A DNA stretch of 64,000 nt, taken from the human T2T-CHM13v2.0 reference genome, Homo sapiens. This document shows, one piece after another, positions 62,401 to 64,000 of the stretch (positions within the stretch are counted from its first letter, which is position 1; each line of letters begins with the position of its first letter). The position numbers and the translations under genes are program-made. The notes under the pieces are model-generated. The model had not been told where the DNA came from. It saw nothing but the letters and a program-made list of their open reading frames with translations, and ran no database searches. The stretch is taken from the NCBI RefSeq assembly GCF_009914755.1, contig NC_060946.1. The stretch is one strand, 5' to 3'.

Positions 62401-64000
62401 TCCACTCCATTTCATTCCATTCTACTCCACTTCACTCCACTCCATCCCATTCCTTTCCACCCCACTCCACTCTACTTCATTCCACTCCATTCCATTCCAT
62501 TCCATTCATTCCATTCCATTGGATTTCATTCCCCTCCATTCCGTTCCATTCCACTCCACTCCACTCCACTCCAATCCCCTCCACTCCATTTTATTCCATT
62601 CTACTCCATTCCATTCCATTCCTTTATTTCGAATGGATCTCACACTGTCACACAGACCAGAGGGCAGTGGCAAAATCTTAGCTCACATTTCATTCCTCCA
62701 TTCTATTCCATTCCATTATATTCCACTGCATTCCACTCCATTGCATTTCACTCAACTCCACTCCACTCCATTCCATTCCATGAAACTCCATTACATTCCA
62801 CTCCACTCCACTCCACGCCATCCCATTACACTCTACTCCACTCCACCCTACTCCATTCTACTCCACTCCATTCCGTTACACTCCATTCCACTGTATTCCA
62901 CTCTATTCCCCTGCTCTTCTCTCCACTCCATTCGACTCCACTCCATTCCATTCAATTCCACTCTACTCCTCTCCATTCTATTCCACTCCACTCCACTCCA
63001 GTCCACTCCACTCGACTCCAGTCCACTCCACTCCATTCCATTCTACCACATTCCATTCCGTTCCTTTATTTCAACTGGATCTCACTCTGTCACCCAGACT
63101 GTAGTGTAGTGGCACAATCTTAGCTCACATTTTATTTCACCATTCCATTCCATTCCGTTCCGTCCCGTCCCGTCCCGTCCCGTTCCATTCCATTCCGTCC
63201 CATTCCATTGCACTCCATTCCATTCCAACACATTCCATTCCATTCCTTCCCTTTGACAGGATCTCACTGTGTCAAAAAAGGCTGTAATAATGTGGCTCAA
63301 ACTCAGCTCACATTTCTTTCACCATTCAATTGCATTCCATTCCATTTCATTTCATTCCATTACACTCCACTCATTTCCACTCCACTCTACTCCCCTCTTT
63401 TCCATTCCATTCCATTCCATTCCAATCCATTCCATACCATACCATTCCACTCCATTCCACTCCACTCCAATAAACTCCACTCCACTCCACTGCACTCCTT
63501 TCCATTCCATCCCATTCCATTTCACTCCATTCCTCTCCACTCCAATCCAGTCTACTCCATTTCCTTCCAATCCATCCCATTCAATTCCACTCCATTCCAC
63601 TCCTTTCCACTCCACTTCACACCACTCCATTCGATTCCATTCCATTCCATTTAACTCCATTCCATTCCATTCCTTTCTTTTGACAGGATCTCACTGTGTC
63701 ACCCTGGCTGGAGTGCAGTGGCACTATCTTAGCTCACATTTAATTTCACCATTCATTCCTTTGTATTCCAATGCATTCCATTCCATTTCATTCCATTCCA
63801 TTTCGTTCCATTGCATTCCATTCCATTTCATTCCATTGCATTCCATTCCATTTCATTCCATTGCATTCCATTCCATTTCATTCCATTGCATTCCATTCCA
63901 TTGCATTCCATTCCTTTGCATTCCATTGCATTTCATTCCATTCAATTTCATTCCATCCCATTCCATTCCACTTCTGTGAACTCCACTCCCCTCCACTCCA
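50469..64000. repeat. Satellite III (HSat3)-like (CATTC/CACTC)n array with 35 interspersed antisense Alu 3'-end fragments
   Basis: Diverged CATTC and CACTC pentamers with an almost G-free top strand; recurrent 'gacaggatctcactctgtcacccaggctggagtgcagtggcacaatctcagctcacatttcatttcacc' every 182-586 bp; continues past the window end. Confidence 0.95.

Noticed and set aside
50721-63750. CRISPR-like look: a conserved repeat recurring at intervals
   Set aside because: The repeat is an Alu fragment, the intervening DNA is low-complexity satellite of 110-520 bp rather than unique spacers, there are no cas genes, and the context is human.

Overview
Human (primate) non-coding genomic DNA. A human-specific-type AluYb8, an SVA and L1PA elements are all present. 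I recognise no cellular protein-coding gene. Positions 1-50468 are AT-rich, retroelement-dense sequence: 8 Alus, a full-length but inactivated L1PA4-like element on the minus strand, several truncated L1s, an SVA, ERV solo LTRs and DNA-transposon remnants. At 50469 the sequence switches abruptly to a satellite-III-like (CATTC/CACTC)n array that runs off the window end. The array is interrupted 35 times by the same ~70-bp antisense Alu 3'-end fragment and has nested higher-order structure. This fits a euchromatin-to-pericentromeric-heterochromatin boundary. The most notable observations are the Alu-punctuated satellite with its higher-order repeats and pentamer-quantised unit lengths, an SVA with a 106-bp 5' transduction inside its TSDs, an L1 with a short 3' transduction, a 146-bp locally templated insertion into a solo LTR, and an orphan L1 fragment forming the satellite junction. 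Repeat subfamily names come from recalled consensus motifs, not from a database search.
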